Shown here: one piece after another, positions 9,505 to 17,266 of the stretch
Layout: every line of letters begins with the position of its first letter
Position numbering within the stretch: the first letter of the stretch is position 1
Sequence record: OP172706.1
Strand: one strand, 5' to 3'
Length of the DNA: 32,000 nucleotides
From: Bacteroides phage BS162P1
Notes under the pieces: model-generated
What the model was told of the DNA's origin: nothing
Seen by the model: the letters and a program-made list of their open reading frames with translations, nothing else
Database searches by the model: none
Made by a program: the position numbers and the translations under genes

Positions 9505-10707
9505 ATGGCTGAATTTTATTTCTTTAAGACGGTTGTTGAAAAAGGACGCAACCGTTTACGTCCGTTATCCGGACAGAAGTTAGATGGTGTTGACGTAGAT
9601 ACAACACTTAGCGTACAATCTGATAAAGTAATCAGAGCTACTTATCCTATCGGAACTGTTTTCGGAAGTTCCTCTCTTGAACTCCGTTCCGGATTCTACG
9701 CTGCCGGAAATATTTATCCTCTTGGTTTAAAAGAGTACAAGGATGACACCCACCGTCCCCCCGAAAGTTTACAGCGTGCCTATGAGGTGTTCATCGGTGC
9801 TTCTACTATGGAGGGTGTTTTTAAAGAAAGTGGGGAAGACTTTGATGAACGGCCTGATTCACTTCTCGCAAAAATGCGGAAGAACAAACGTTTCCGTATC
9901 CCCTCTGTTGACGAGGACGGTTTCTATGTAGATTTGAACTGTTGGTATCTCCTGTTAAGGAACATGCTCAATCAGGTTAATACAATGCTAATCGGCCCTA
10001 CTGGTACAGGTAAGACATCAATTATTCGGCTTGCATGTACGAAATTGGGTATCCCGTGCTCTATCTATGATATGGGTTCCATGTATGACCCTATTGCAGG
10101 TATGCTCGGTGTTCACCGTTTACAAGAGGGTGGTGTGTCAGAGTTCGATTACGCAAAGTTTACGCAAGACGTTGCCCGTCCGGGTGTAGTCGTACTGGAT
10201 GAATTGTCACGTGCCCCAGTTACCACAGCTAATATTCTGTTCCCTTGTCTTGACGACCGTAGGGAACTTCCTGTTGAGATGGCAGGTGGTAAGGATATGC
10301 GAAGAATTAAGATTCATCCCGAATGTTGTTTTATCGCAACTGCGAATGTAGGAGCCGAATATACGGGAACCATGTCAATGGATAGAGCATTGGTCGGTCG
10401 TTTCTTCCCAGTGGAACTTGACTACATGCCTAAGGATAGTGAGATTTCCGTTTTAGTAAAACGTGGGGGTATCAGTTCAAGTGAAGCCACCCATATTGTA
10501 GGTGTCGCCAATACGGTACGCTCCTTATACCGGAAAGGTGAACTTGGCTGTTCTCTCTCTACTCGTGAGACTCTCATGGCCGCTGAATTGGTAGCGGATG
10601 GTTGGAACGCTCAACAAGCAATGGAAATGGTTTTCTTGCCTCTTTTCGAGGGAACTTATACTGAGGGTGAGCGTGGTATTGTACGCAAATCTCTTATGAG
10701 TAGATAA
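9505..10707 (+). CDS. MoxR/CobS-type AAA+ ATPase
   Basis: 'MLIGPTGTGKTSIIRLACTKLG' Walker A, 'GVVVLDELSRAP' Walker B, 'FIATANVG' sensor I, 'SMDRALVGRFFPVELDY' arginine-finger region. Confidence 0.85.
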   Translation: MAEFYFFKTVVEKGRNRLRPLSGQKLDGVDVDTTLSVQSDKVIRATYPIGTVFGSSSLELRSGFYAAGNIYPLGLKEYKDDTHRPPESLQRAYEVFIGASTMEGVFKESGEDFDERPDSLLAKMRKNKRFRIPSVDEDGFYVDLNCWYLLLRNMLNQVNTMLIGPTGTGKTSIIRLACTKLGIPCSIYDMGSMYDPIAGMLGVHRLQEGGVSEFDYAKFTQDVARPGVVVLDELSRAPVTTANILFPCLDDRRELPVEMAGGKDMRRIKIHPECCFIATANVGAEYTGTMSMDRALVGRFFPVELDYMPKDSEISVLVKRGGISSSEATHIVGVANTVRSLYRKGELGCSLSTRETLMAAELVADGWNAQQAMEMVFLPLFEGTYTEGERGIVRKSLMSR

Positions 10708-10709
10708 CT

Positions 10710-10916
10710 ATGTGCTATGACAGTAATCAATTTCCAAAGACAAAACCTAAAACAGGTAATTTGTATTATAACGGTAAGCTCATAAAAGAGAATAAACCGT
10801 TCTCTATAATCGGAGCCGAAAAGAAAAGGTTGATTGCCTTAGGTTACAAGAAAGAACTATTTAAAATCTCCTACTATTATGAAAGAAGAAATAACAATAA
10901 CGGACGAAGTTATTGA
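10710..10916 (+). CDS. small hypothetical protein
   Basis: 68 aa ORF between the AAA+ and VWA genes, overlapping the VWA ORF start. Confidence 0.5.
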   Translation: MCYDSNQFPKTKPKTGNLYYNGKLIKENKPFSIIGAEKKRLIALGYKKELFKISYYYERRNNNNGRSY

Positions 10917-12735
10917 TAGCCTTATGGACGACTGGTTAGACCGTGACGGAGATACATACGTAAAGAAACGTACTTCTAAACGTCTTGGCTGGGAAAAATC
11001 TCTTGACGAGGATGCTTCTTATTCGTCTTATATACTGGAGTCCCCTACGCAGGAAGATTTGGTAAAACGAGCTTATACTCTCGCAAGGGAAACTCTTTCC
11101 GTAATGGATATGCCGTTTAAAATTCACTTACGGGTACTTCCGGGTAATGATAGTTACACTGACGGACGTAACGTATGTGTATCTACAAAGGTGTTTGATG
11201 AACCAGAATATTCGGTCGGTGAGAAACTTGACGTGTTTTTGGGTATTACCGTGCATGAAGGATGCCATGTTCTTTATACCGATTTCAAGGAGATTCGACC
11301 TATCAAGATTCCTGCAATACACGAGATATTCAATATACTTGAAGATGAACGTATTGAACGTATTTGTGGGTTTAACTTTCCCGGACTTTCCAATTTCATA
11401 GAGAAAGTAAAATTCTATATCTTTGATAAATACTATATAGACTATGTGGTACCGGAAAAAGAGAAACGGGAACTTAACCCTTTCGAGCGCATCTTTAATT
11501 TGCTCCTTTATATTATCCGTTACCCGAAATATCTGGAAGAAAGTGAGGTTATTGAGTTCGCCCCGTATCTTTTAAAGATAAAGGAAGTGGTGCTCCCCTA
11601 TCCGGAAACTACTTCGCAATGTGTAAAGTGTGCCTATAAGGTTTTTGATATTATCAAAGAGTTTTATAAGGATGAAATGCGTAAACATGAAGAAAGTAAG
11701 GGTAGTGGTGAGGGTGATTCTATGAGTGATGAAGAACTTGAAGAAGCCATTGGAGAAATTCTTAAAAAGGATGTTGAAAGAGATTCTCATAAACGTAAAA
11801 TTGTCAGTGGCTCTCCGACATCCGCACCTGCTAAAGACGGTGGTGGCTTGGGAGATTCCGATGTTGCTTCGGTTATCAAAGATGATGAAGGAATAGTCGG
11901 TGAACTCTGTGAGGGACTTGCCGAAGTCGGTGACGGTAAAGATACTTTCTTTTTAAAAAGTGATTCAAACCAAGCGGTTTATATGGAGTCCCTTTCTCGT
12001 GTGAAAAGGTATATTCCCGCAATAAACAAAATATTGAAGGGACACTGTAAGGAATATAAACTCATTCATCGCTCTATGCGTAGCGGCGTTCTTGATACGA
12101 ATAAACTCGCAGAAGCGTTTCAAGGAATACCTACTTGTTACATAAGAGAGGGAGAAGTCAGAACCGATAAGGTTTCTGTGGTAGTACTTATTGATGAAAG
12201 CGGTTCAATGGGTGGTGATAGAATACAGTCTGCTCGTGATGCTGCTGTTCTTATAAACGAAGCGATAGGAAATATTCCTAATGTGGAACTTTTCATATAT
12301 GGACATTCCGGCGATGAAAAACGCTATTACTCTACGGAAATGTATGTGTATCGTGAAAAGAATTACTCTCCCAAATACGCTCTTGGAGCCGTAAGAGCAC
12401 GTTGCCAAAACAGAGATGGTGTTGCTATCTATGAAACAGCTCTTCGAGTTAGGGAGCAAACCAAGAATCCTTGTCTGTTCTTCATTTTGTCAGACGGTGC
12501 TCCTTGTGCAGGTGACTATGGTGGGACTTCTGCTATGCACCATGTAAAAGAACAAGTGATAAAAACGGAGAAAATGGGTTTCTATGTAATACAGGTATGT
12601 ATCAATCATTGTTACGACCCAGCCTCTATGTTTAAGAATTACGTTATTCTGGAAGATATGAGTACGCTTGCATTGGAACTTGCAAAAGCTATTAAAAAGT
12701 CTACTATATCCGCAGCAAAAGTAAGCGTTACTTAA
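10879..12735 (+). CDS. VWA-domain protein (CobT-like partner of the MoxR/CobS ATPase)
   Basis: 618 aa; MIDAS motif 'VVVLIDESGSMGGDRIQ' and 'LFFILSDGAPCAGD'; 'GITVHEGCHVLYTDF' resembles a metalloprotease-like HExxH-type helix. Confidence 0.8.
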   Translation: MKEEITITDEVIDSLMDDWLDRDGDTYVKKRTSKRLGWEKSLDEDASYSSYILESPTQEDLVKRAYTLARETLSVMDMPFKIHLRVLPGNDSYTDGRNVCVSTKVFDEPEYSVGEKLDVFLGITVHEGCHVLYTDFKEIRPIKIPAIHEIFNILEDERIERICGFNFPGLSNFIEKVKFYIFDKYYIDYVVPEKEKRELNPFERIFNLLLYIIRYPKYLEESEVIEFAPYLLKIKEVVLPYPETTSQCVKCAYKVFDIIKEFYKDEMRKHEESKGSGEGDSMSDEELEEAIGEILKKDVERDSHKRKIVSGSPTSAPAKDGGGLGDSDVASVIKDDEGIVGELCEGLAEVGDGKDTFFLKSDSNQAVYMESLSRVKRYIPAINKILKGHCKEYKLIHRSMRSGVLDTNKLAEAFQGIPTCYIREGEVRTDKVSVVVLIDESGSMGGDRIQSARDAAVLINEAIGNIPNVELFIYGHSGDEKRYYSTEMYVYREKNYSPKYALGAVRARCQNRDGVAIYETALRVREQTKNPCLFFILSDGAPCAGDYGGTSAMHHVKEQVIKTEKMGFYVIQVCINHCYDPASMFKNYVILEDMSTLALELAKAIKKSTISAAKVSVT

Positions 12736-12739
12736 ACCA

Positions 12740-12771
12740 TTTGGAATATTGAAAACATTATCTTATATTTG
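12740..12771 (+). promoter_or_regulatory. Bacteroidales-type consensus promoter: TTTG-N20-TATATTTG
   Basis: TTTG 12740-12743 and TATATTTG 12764-12771, exact consensus boxes, in the intergenic gap after the VWA gene. Confidence 0.75.
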
Positions 12772-12845
12772 AACTGCTGACAGCCTCCACTTATAGCAGT
12801 TCGTGGGGGGGTGTGGTTAAGTGGGATTCTCCCCCCCTTTATACT
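12771..12845 (+). ncRNA. putative structured RNA or 5' leader with two hairpins and complementary loops
   Basis: Hairpin 1: GAACTGCT (12771-12778) / AGCAGTTC (12795-12802). Hairpin 2: G7 (12805-12811) / C7 (12831-12837), followed by TTTATACTTTT. Loop 1 CCACTTA (12787-12793) is the reverse complement of loop 2 TAAGTGG (12818-12824). Confidence 0.5.
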
Positions 12846-12879
12846 TTTAATAGAATTACTTACTAAAAATTTTAGTGAC

Positions 12880-13153
12880 ATGGAAACAAAAAAGTGTACA
12901 CATTGCGGTAGGGTATTACCTACATCTAATTTTCACAAGTCAAGTTATACGAAAGACGGTTTATATCCTACTTGTAAGGATTGCCGTAAGGAACAACAAA
13001 AAAAAATCACGTCTTAAACGTAGCGCTTCCCCTCAGCTTAATCCGGCACTTGCCGATTTTACCCCGCAGGAGTTAATCGAACAGTTACGGGCATTAGGTT
13101 ATAAGGGGAGTCTTGAATACGTTGAGACTAAAACTCATTTAATTAAACTATGA
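12880..13153 (+). CDS. small Zn-ribbon protein with C-terminal 'FTPQELIEQLRALGYKGSLEY' domain, split by a frame break at an A9 run
   Basis: Frame 1 (12880-13017): METKKCTHCGRVLPTSNFHKSSYTKDGLYPTCKDCRKEQQKK. The second half (SRLKRSASPQLNPALADFTPQELIEQLRALGYKGSLEYVETKTHLIKL) continues in another frame to 13153, beyond AAAAAAAAA at 12998-13006. Confidence 0.65.
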
Positions 13154-14013
13154 CCCGTACAAGAAAAATCGGAAAATTGTTAAGGGGGATTTCTGAAAAG
13201 GAGTCCCCTAAAAAAGTATCAATCGTACAAGCTCTTGATGATGCGTGTGCAAGTGGATTTACAGAGAGTGAACGTTTTTCTGTTCGTAATATCAGGTCTT
13301 CGTTAAAGGTAATGCAGTCTTTGCTGGACGCAGAGGATTTTAATAGAGATGCTTTCTTTTTGAAGTTCTTCCAGTTCTATACCTCTGTTATGGCTCCCGA
13401 TGGACGTGCGAAAGGAGTGTTTCATCCGTCACAATTGTTGGATGGTTGTGTCCGGAAAATGTGCTTCGAGTTAAACGATGTGGAACCAGTGGATGAATTT
13501 TCTCGTGGAATATCCGGCGCATTGCAACGGACGTTCGATGTAGGAACATGGTATCACCTATATACACAGGCTCTCCTTTACCGATTAGGACTTCTTGAAC
13601 AGGCGGAAGTCCCAGTAGTGAACAAAGAAAAACGTTTGAACGGTAAGGCGGACGGTAAATTCCACAAGGAAGTTTTCGGTGAGAATGTTATTCTTGAAAT
13701 AAAAACCATGAATAATTGGAACTACTCTAAAGCGGTATTCCGTCCTTTTAAGAAGCACGAGTTTCAAGCCTCATTGTATGCTCGTGAACTCGGAGCTACC
13801 AAAGTTCTGTATTTGTATATAAATAAGGATACTTCCGAAATGAAAGAGTTCCTTATGCCTCTTAATGAAGAACAGCTTGCTATTGCCGATAAGAAAATGG
13901 ACACAGCCCTTACGCATGTTTCCGATGGAACTCTACCACCAAGAAGATGTCTTGATAAGCTGTGTGATGATGCTTTACAATGTCCGTTTGCTTCTTTATG
14001 CTTTAAAGATTAG
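13150..14013 (+). CDS. Cas4/RecB-like PD-(D/E)XK exonuclease with putative 4Fe-4S cysteines
   Basis: 'LNGKADGKFHKE...NVILEIKTMNNWNYSKA' (GxxD...ExK), 'HEFQASLYA', upstream 'GCVRKMC' and C-terminal 'CDDALQCPFASLC' cysteines. Confidence 0.78.
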   Translation: MTRTRKIGKLLRGISEKESPKKVSIVQALDDACASGFTESERFSVRNIRSSLKVMQSLLDAEDFNRDAFFLKFFQFYTSVMAPDGRAKGVFHPSQLLDGCVRKMCFELNDVEPVDEFSRGISGALQRTFDVGTWYHLYTQALLYRLGLLEQAEVPVVNKEKRLNGKADGKFHKEVFGENVILEIKTMNNWNYSKAVFRPFKKHEFQASLYARELGATKVLYLYINKDTSEMKEFLMPLNEEQLAIADKKMDTALTHVSDGTLPPRRCLDKLCDDALQCPFASLCFKD

Positions 14014-14016
14014 CTT

Positions 14017-14463
14017 ATGCCAGTAAGAAAAATTGCCGTTAAAGACCCTCTCTCTAAATTCAGAGAAGTCTTTTCAGAAATAAATGCTCCCAAAGGCGGA
14101 CTTCCTACGATGCCGACCACTGTTGCAGAACTCGCTTCTGAAAAGCTGGGAGATATGATTGCACGTTATACCGCATGGAGAGAATTTACCGAAGACCGTC
14201 ACATGGAAGCGTGTGCGGTGTACGCACAATGTAAATCAGAATATGATTTGGCTTGTGATAAAGCGGTTCTTACTTCTTCTGCCGCCACTGTTACCGAACG
14301 AAAAGCGGATGCCAAGACATCTGAAAAAGTAGTTTCCCTCTATAAGGACTTACAGGAAGCCGAGATTTACCGTGACCTGCTTGCGGGAAAATTGGAATCT
14401 TTCAGTAACGTATTAGCTATGCTTAGTCGTGAACTTACCCGTAGAGGCGTGCAGAATATGTAA
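14017..14463 (+). CDS. hypothetical helical protein
   Basis: 148 aa, helix-rich, tightly following the nuclease gene. Confidence 0.6.
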   Translation: MPVRKIAVKDPLSKFREVFSEINAPKGGLPTMPTTVAELASEKLGDMIARYTAWREFTEDRHMEACAVYAQCKSEYDLACDKAVLTSSAATVTERKADAKTSEKVVSLYKDLQEAEIYRDLLAGKLESFSNVLAMLSRELTRRGVQNM

Positions 14464-14464
14464 T

Positions 14465-14677
14465 ATGGGAAACCCGATTGATTATCCAGTAGGGTCTATT
14501 ATAAAACACAGTTATACTCATAGGACGTATCAAGTTATAGAGCATACCTCTAAAGGACTCTCTAAAATGCTTGAGCTGACCTATGGGTATATTGAGATTT
14601 GGAACTCTTATAATAACCCAGTATTTTTGCCTTATTTAATAGAACCTCAAATTCTTATCCTTTATGGCACCTCTTGA
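14465..14677 (+). CDS. hypothetical protein
   Basis: MGNPIDYPVGSIIKHSYTHRTYQVIEHTSKG...; start chosen at ATG 14465. Confidence 0.55.
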   Translation: MGNPIDYPVGSIIKHSYTHRTYQVIEHTSKGLSKMLELTYGYIEIWNSYNNPVFLPYLIEPQILILYGTS

Positions 14678-14894
14678 TTTAGAACGTACGGCTACTGCTG
14701 AGATAAGGAAAGAAAGTCTTACCCTTGCAGTGCAGCTATTATCCGCCCATAATTATGTAGCCTCTCCTGTATGCTGTTCAGACAGCGTTAAACCCGAAAC
14801 CGAAGAAACCGATAGAATTTCTAATTTGCGGGATGATGTGTTATCTTTGGCCCAGAGTTTTGAATGTTACATCTGTAAAGGTACTACAATATAA
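14664..14894 (+). CDS. hypothetical protein
   Basis: 76 aa ORF in a packed overlap chain. Confidence 0.5.
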   Translation: MAPLDLERTATAEIRKESLTLAVQLLSAHNYVASPVCCSDSVKPETEETDRISNLRDDVLSLAQSFECYICKGTTI

Positions 14895-15898
14895 TGGCAC
14901 GAATAATGAAAAGGAAGCGTATCCCGAAGACATTGATACGCAGTAATAATGTAGTCGTTAAGAACCCTACAAGTAAGAGCTGCTGGAAAACTATCAGCGG
15001 ATATGAGGGTTATTATGAAGTTTCTGATAAAGGAGTTGTACGTGCGATAACACGTGATGTTCCATATAAAAATGGAAAAATACACTCTTTGAAAGGACGA
15101 GTTATAAAACCTTCAAAAGATAAAGATGGCTATTTGCTTGTGCATCTTTATAAAAATGGAAAAACTACGACTTTTAAAGTTCATAGGTTGGTTGCTCAAG
15201 AGTTCATTCCAAACCCAGAAAAATTTCCCGATGTAAATCACAGAAATGAAGTGAAAGATGATAATCGGGTAGAAAATCTGGAATGGTGTACAAGAGAGTA
15301 TAATGTAAATTACGGTGATAGAAATAAGAAAGCAGGAGAGCTACTTACTAAGTTTTTATATCAAAGATTTACCATTGATGGTAAATATATAGATACTTTA
15401 AAGTACCAAGAAATTCTTGATGAAGGTTTTGATTATGGTTTTGTTGTTAAAGCTGCCACAGGTGAATATAAGACAGCTTATGGTTTAATCTGGAAAAGGA
15501 TTCTCGTAGAAGATTACAAAAAAGGAGTTACTCCTATTCTACGAAGAAATGGAGTAGTGGTTAACAAACCTACTTCTAAAGTTTCTTGGAAAAGTTTCGA
15601 GCGTTTGGTTGCCAATTTCTTCCATACCAAGAGAGTTCCTCTTTCCGGAAGTAATAGTGGTCATAACACAAACAGCGATTCCTTACATCCTAAATTATAC
15701 ATAGAATGTAAGGTGCGTAATAAGTTTTCCTTATGGCAGTTATTTCTTGACACTGAACAAAAAGCCAAAGTGGAGAAAAAGTTACCCGTAGTCGCTATCA
15801 AACAGAAAGGTGAAAAAGGTTATCTTCTTGTGATACGACCGGAAGACCTCGAAAAAATTGCAGAAATAAGAGCCGAAGTTTTTGAAGTTGAGGAATAA
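14894..15898 (+). CDS. composite protein: NUMOD4-HNH homing-type endonuclease domain plus C-terminal PD-(D/E)XK nuclease
   Basis: NUMOD4 'SCWKTISGYEGYYEVSDKGVVRA'; HNH 'FKVHRLVAQEFIPNPEKFPDVNHRNEVKDDNRVENLEWCTREYN'; C-terminal 'SWKSFERLVANFFHTKRVPLSG...DSLHPKLYIECKVRNKFSLWQLF...EKKLPVVAIKQKGEKGYLLVI'. Confidence 0.82.
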   Translation: MARIMKRKRIPKTLIRSNNVVVKNPTSKSCWKTISGYEGYYEVSDKGVVRAITRDVPYKNGKIHSLKGRVIKPSKDKDGYLLVHLYKNGKTTTFKVHRLVAQEFIPNPEKFPDVNHRNEVKDDNRVENLEWCTREYNVNYGDRNKKAGELLTKFLYQRFTIDGKYIDTLKYQEILDEGFDYGFVVKAATGEYKTAYGLIWKRILVEDYKKGVTPILRRNGVVVNKPTSKVSWKSFERLVANFFHTKRVPLSGSNSGHNTNSDSLHPKLYIECKVRNKFSLWQLFLDTEQKAKVEKKLPVVAIKQKGEKGYLLVIRPEDLEKIAEIRAEVFEVEE

Positions 15899-15910
15899 CT
15901 TATATCTTTG
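15881..15910 (+). promoter_or_regulatory. Bacteroidales-type promoter: TTTG-N18-TATCTTTG
   Basis: TTTG 15881-15884, TATCTTTG 15903-15910, 48 nt before the SpoVS-like gene; spacer slightly short. Confidence 0.45.
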
Positions 15911-15957
15911 TGGAGTTCAAAGATACCTGCCGTTGAGTTACAAATATCGTAGTAATT

Positions 15958-16242
15958 ATGGAAGCAATTAATGGAGACAAACAAGTTCTGAGGTGTAAGT
16001 CCTCAACGGATGCTAACAAACTTGCCGGAAGCATCCATTCAACTTACCAGAGTAACCCAACAAAAGACCTCTTTCTTCGTGTGATTGGTGCAGGTGCATT
16101 AAACCAAGCTACTAAGGCGGTAATTATCAGTAATAAGTTCTTTGCGAAAAAAGGTATCGTACTGGCAATGCAACCGTCTTTCCAAGACACCGAGGATAAG
16201 ACTACTGTAATTGAACTAAAGGTTTTGTTTATTCGGAATTAA
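15958..16242 (+). CDS. SpoVS-like (Alba superfamily) protein
   Basis: 'VLRCKSSTDANKLAGSI...FLRVIGAGALNQATKAVIISNKFFAKKGIVLAMQPSFQD...KTTVIELKVLF' matches the SpoVS 'IGAGAvNQAvKAIAIArgf..' signature. Confidence 0.82.
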   Translation: MEAINGDKQVLRCKSSTDANKLAGSIHSTYQSNPTKDLFLRVIGAGALNQATKAVIISNKFFAKKGIVLAMQPSFQDTEDKTTVIELKVLFIRN

Positions 16243-16257
16243 TTTTCCGCTTTTTAT

Positions 16258-16287
16258 TTTGAATAATAGAAACTTTTAGTATTTTTG
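16258..16287 (+). promoter_or_regulatory. Bacteroidales-type promoter: TTTG-N18-TATTTTTG
   Basis: TTTG 16258-16261 and TATTTTTG 16280-16287, upstream of the small basic ORF. Confidence 0.45.
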
Positions 16288-16355
16288 CAATGCGGTTTTT
16301 ACAGCTAATCGCTTTATAAAAGAATACTTGCTGAAATCTTTTAATAACTAACGTT

Positions 16356-16466
16356 ATGGCAAAAAGAGGTGCAAAAACAACGAGAGCTGCTGCTCGTAAG
16401 ACTGCTGCCGGTAGAGGTGGCCGTGGTGGTAGAAAAGCTGCTGCTAAGGGTTCAACTTCTGCATAA
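16356..16466 (+). CDS. 36-aa highly basic Ala/Gly-rich protein (histone-tail / nucleoid-like)
   Basis: MAKRGAKTTRAAARKTAAGRGGRGGRKAAAKGSTSA*, 11 of 36 residues K/R; flanked by its own promoter-like element and a strong terminator; absent from the supplied ORF track. Confidence 0.65.
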   Translation: MAKRGAKTTRAAARKTAAGRGGRGGRKAAAKGSTSA

Positions 16467-16485
16467 GCTGAGTGGCAACCGCAAT

Positions 16486-16516
16486 AAAACCCCCGCAATA
16501 TCTTGTGGGGGTTTTT
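16486..16516 (+). terminator. intrinsic terminator
   Basis: ACCCCCGCAA-TATC-TTGTGGGGGT stem (one GU) followed by TTTT. Confidence 0.88.
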
Positions 16517-16537
16517 AATTCATAAACGTTTAAAACT

Positions 16538-17266
16538 ATGGAAAAGAAAGTATTACTATTCTCCGGCGGTTTGGATTCTATGTTACATGAATGGCTTATA
16601 AAGCCTGACGTACTTTTGTACGTAGACATGAAAACGTCCTATTCCGAACGGGAAATCGAGGCACTTAATCGGCTACCCTCTTATTACAAAGAGAGGATTG
16701 TTATCAAACAACTTCCATTGGGAGAGTATGAACGGGAAAACAAATATCTCCCCTATCGTAATCTTATACTCGGAGCTATCGCCATGCAGTACGGACAGTA
16801 TGTATATTTTGGGTTCAACAATCACGATAATGCGCCCGATAAGGATGATACGTTCCTGCGCAGAACAAATAAACTGTTCGACCATTTAAATATAAACTGC
16901 ATGGCCGATATGAATTGGGATAAACCGTCTTACGGATTTTTCGCCCCGTTCAAAGATTATTCTAAAACCGATTTGATGCGGAAATGTCTTGCTAAAGAAA
17001 TGCCCGTTGAGTGGATACAGAATATTCGCTCATGCTATGACGGGGTTTCCCAAAAGGGATGCGGTGTATGTAACGTATGTTTCAATAAGGCGGTCGCCCT
17101 GCTTAATAACGGAATATACGAGGACTCTCTTTTTGATACTCCTATTACTGACGAGACATTCCGTATTAAGTTGAACGATATAAAAGACGATACAGATGCG
17201 CACACACAGAAGTACATCAGAGAAGTTCATTCGGCGAGAAGAGCATTACAACAAATTCACCAATAA
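16538..17266 (+). CDS. queC: QueC-like 7-cyano-7-deazaguanine (preQ0) synthase
   Basis: 'KKVLLFSGGLDSMLHEWL' PP-loop; Zn ligands 'CYDGVSQKGCGVCNVC'. Confidence 0.88.
   Translation: MEKKVLLFSGGLDSMLHEWLIKPDVLLYVDMKTSYSEREIEALNRLPSYYKERIVIKQLPLGEYERENKYLPYRNLILGAIAMQYGQYVYFGFNNHDNAPDKDDTFLRRTNKLFDHLNINCMADMNWDKPSYGFFAPFKDYSKTDLMRKCLAKEMPVEWIQNIRSCYDGVSQKGCGVCNVCFNKAVALLNNGIYEDSLFDTPITDETFRIKLNDIKDDTDAHTQKYIREVHSARRALQQIHQ

Noticed and set aside
9505-12735. Bona fide cobaltochelatase (cobS/cobT) for B12 synthesis
   Set aside because: No CobN-like gene or other cobalamin genes; resemblance is at the AAA+/VWA architecture level only.
13150-14013. True CRISPR-associated Cas4 / adaptation module
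   Set aside because: Cas4-like motif only; no Cas1, Cas2, effector or repeat array nearby, and the context is phage recombination.
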